DNA from: Crassaminicella profunda
GTDB taxonomy: Bacteria; Bacillota; Clostridia; Peptostreptococcales; Thermotaleaceae
DNA: 24,000 nt
Reading direction: 5' to 3'
Assembly: GCF_019884785.1 (NCBI RefSeq)
Contig: NZ_CP082326.1
Span: forward strand, 465,355-489,354
Shown here: positions 23,712 through 24,000 of the stretch, in pieces
Position numbering within the stretch: the first letter of the stretch is position 1
How the letters are laid out: each line of letters begins with the position of its first letter
Notes under the pieces: generated by a model
The model's database searches: none
What the model was told of the DNA's origin: nothing
The model's input: the letters and a program-made list of their open reading frames with translations, nothing else
Program-made: the position numbers and the translations under genes

Positions 23712-24000
23712 ATGAACGTAAAAGAAATTATTGCTAGACGTGTAGCGAAGGAATTAAAAGATGGAGACGTAGTAAACTTAGGAATTGGTCTACCAACAAA
23801 GGTAGCAAACTACATACCAGAAGGTATGGACGTTACTTTCCAATCTGAAAATGGATTTGTAGGACTAGGACCTGCTCCAGAAGAAGGAAAAGAAGATAAA
23901 GACTTAGTAAATGCAGGTGGTATGCCTGTAACAGCAGTACCAGGTGCAGCATATTTCGATAGTGCTACTTCTTTTAGCATCATCAGAGGAGGACACGTAG
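23712..24000 (+). CDS. atoA: 3-oxoacid/acetate CoA-transferase subunit B (3' end outside window)
   Basis: ATG at 23712, 3 nt after the subunit A stop. Hand translation: [29 protein letters not shown]...[12 protein letters not shown], with the catalytic-Glu SENG motif. Open to the window end. Confidence 0.9.
   Translation, partial: MNVKEIIARRVAKELKDGDVVNLGIGLPTKVANYIPEGMDVTFQSENGFVGLGPAPEEGKEDKDLVNAGGMPVTAVPGAAYFDSATSFSIIRGGHV

Noticed and set aside
1-24000. CRISPR arrays, tRNA, rRNA, riboswitch/T-box leaders, defence systems
   Set aside because: There are no spaced short direct repeats, no cloverleaf-like or rRNA-like segments, and no long structured leaders. All sizeable non-coding regions are accounted for by promoters, terminators or gene fragments.

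Overview
AT-rich, low-GC Firmicute-like (Clostridia-type) chromosomal segment. Every supported gene is on the + strand. Left flank: mutY 3' part and a GNAT acetyltransferase. The core (about 1.4-19.4 kb) is an island-like carbohydrate block. It holds nagA-nagB; a lactose/cellobiose-family PTS (EIIA-EIIB-EIIC) followed by a short GrdB-N-terminal-domain-like protein; an M20 dipeptidase; and two M42 aminopeptidase paralogs, one with degenerate metal ligands. It continues with a second EIIA, a cytoplasmic glycosylasparaginase-type Ntn hydrolase, a second EIIB, CutC, a LicR/MtlR-type PRD activator, then ptsI-ptsH and fba-pfkA. A conserved ~60-bp operator/promoter module occurs three times, in front of nagA, EIIA-1 and EIIA-2. 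The block is bracketed by an intact GNAT gene on the left and an internally deleted, frameshifted GNAT copy on the right. A decayed rve-type transposase fragment lies at the left junction and further gene fragments at the right junction. Right flank: XRE regulator overlapping def, rubrerythrin, atoE and a CoA-transferase A/B pair, with B cut by the window end. Main hypothesis: this is a PTS-dependent pathway for GlcNAc-Asn or N-glycopeptide catabolism. It has no phospho-glycosidase and uses amide-bond hydrolases instead. No rRNA, tRNA or CRISPR array was recognised.
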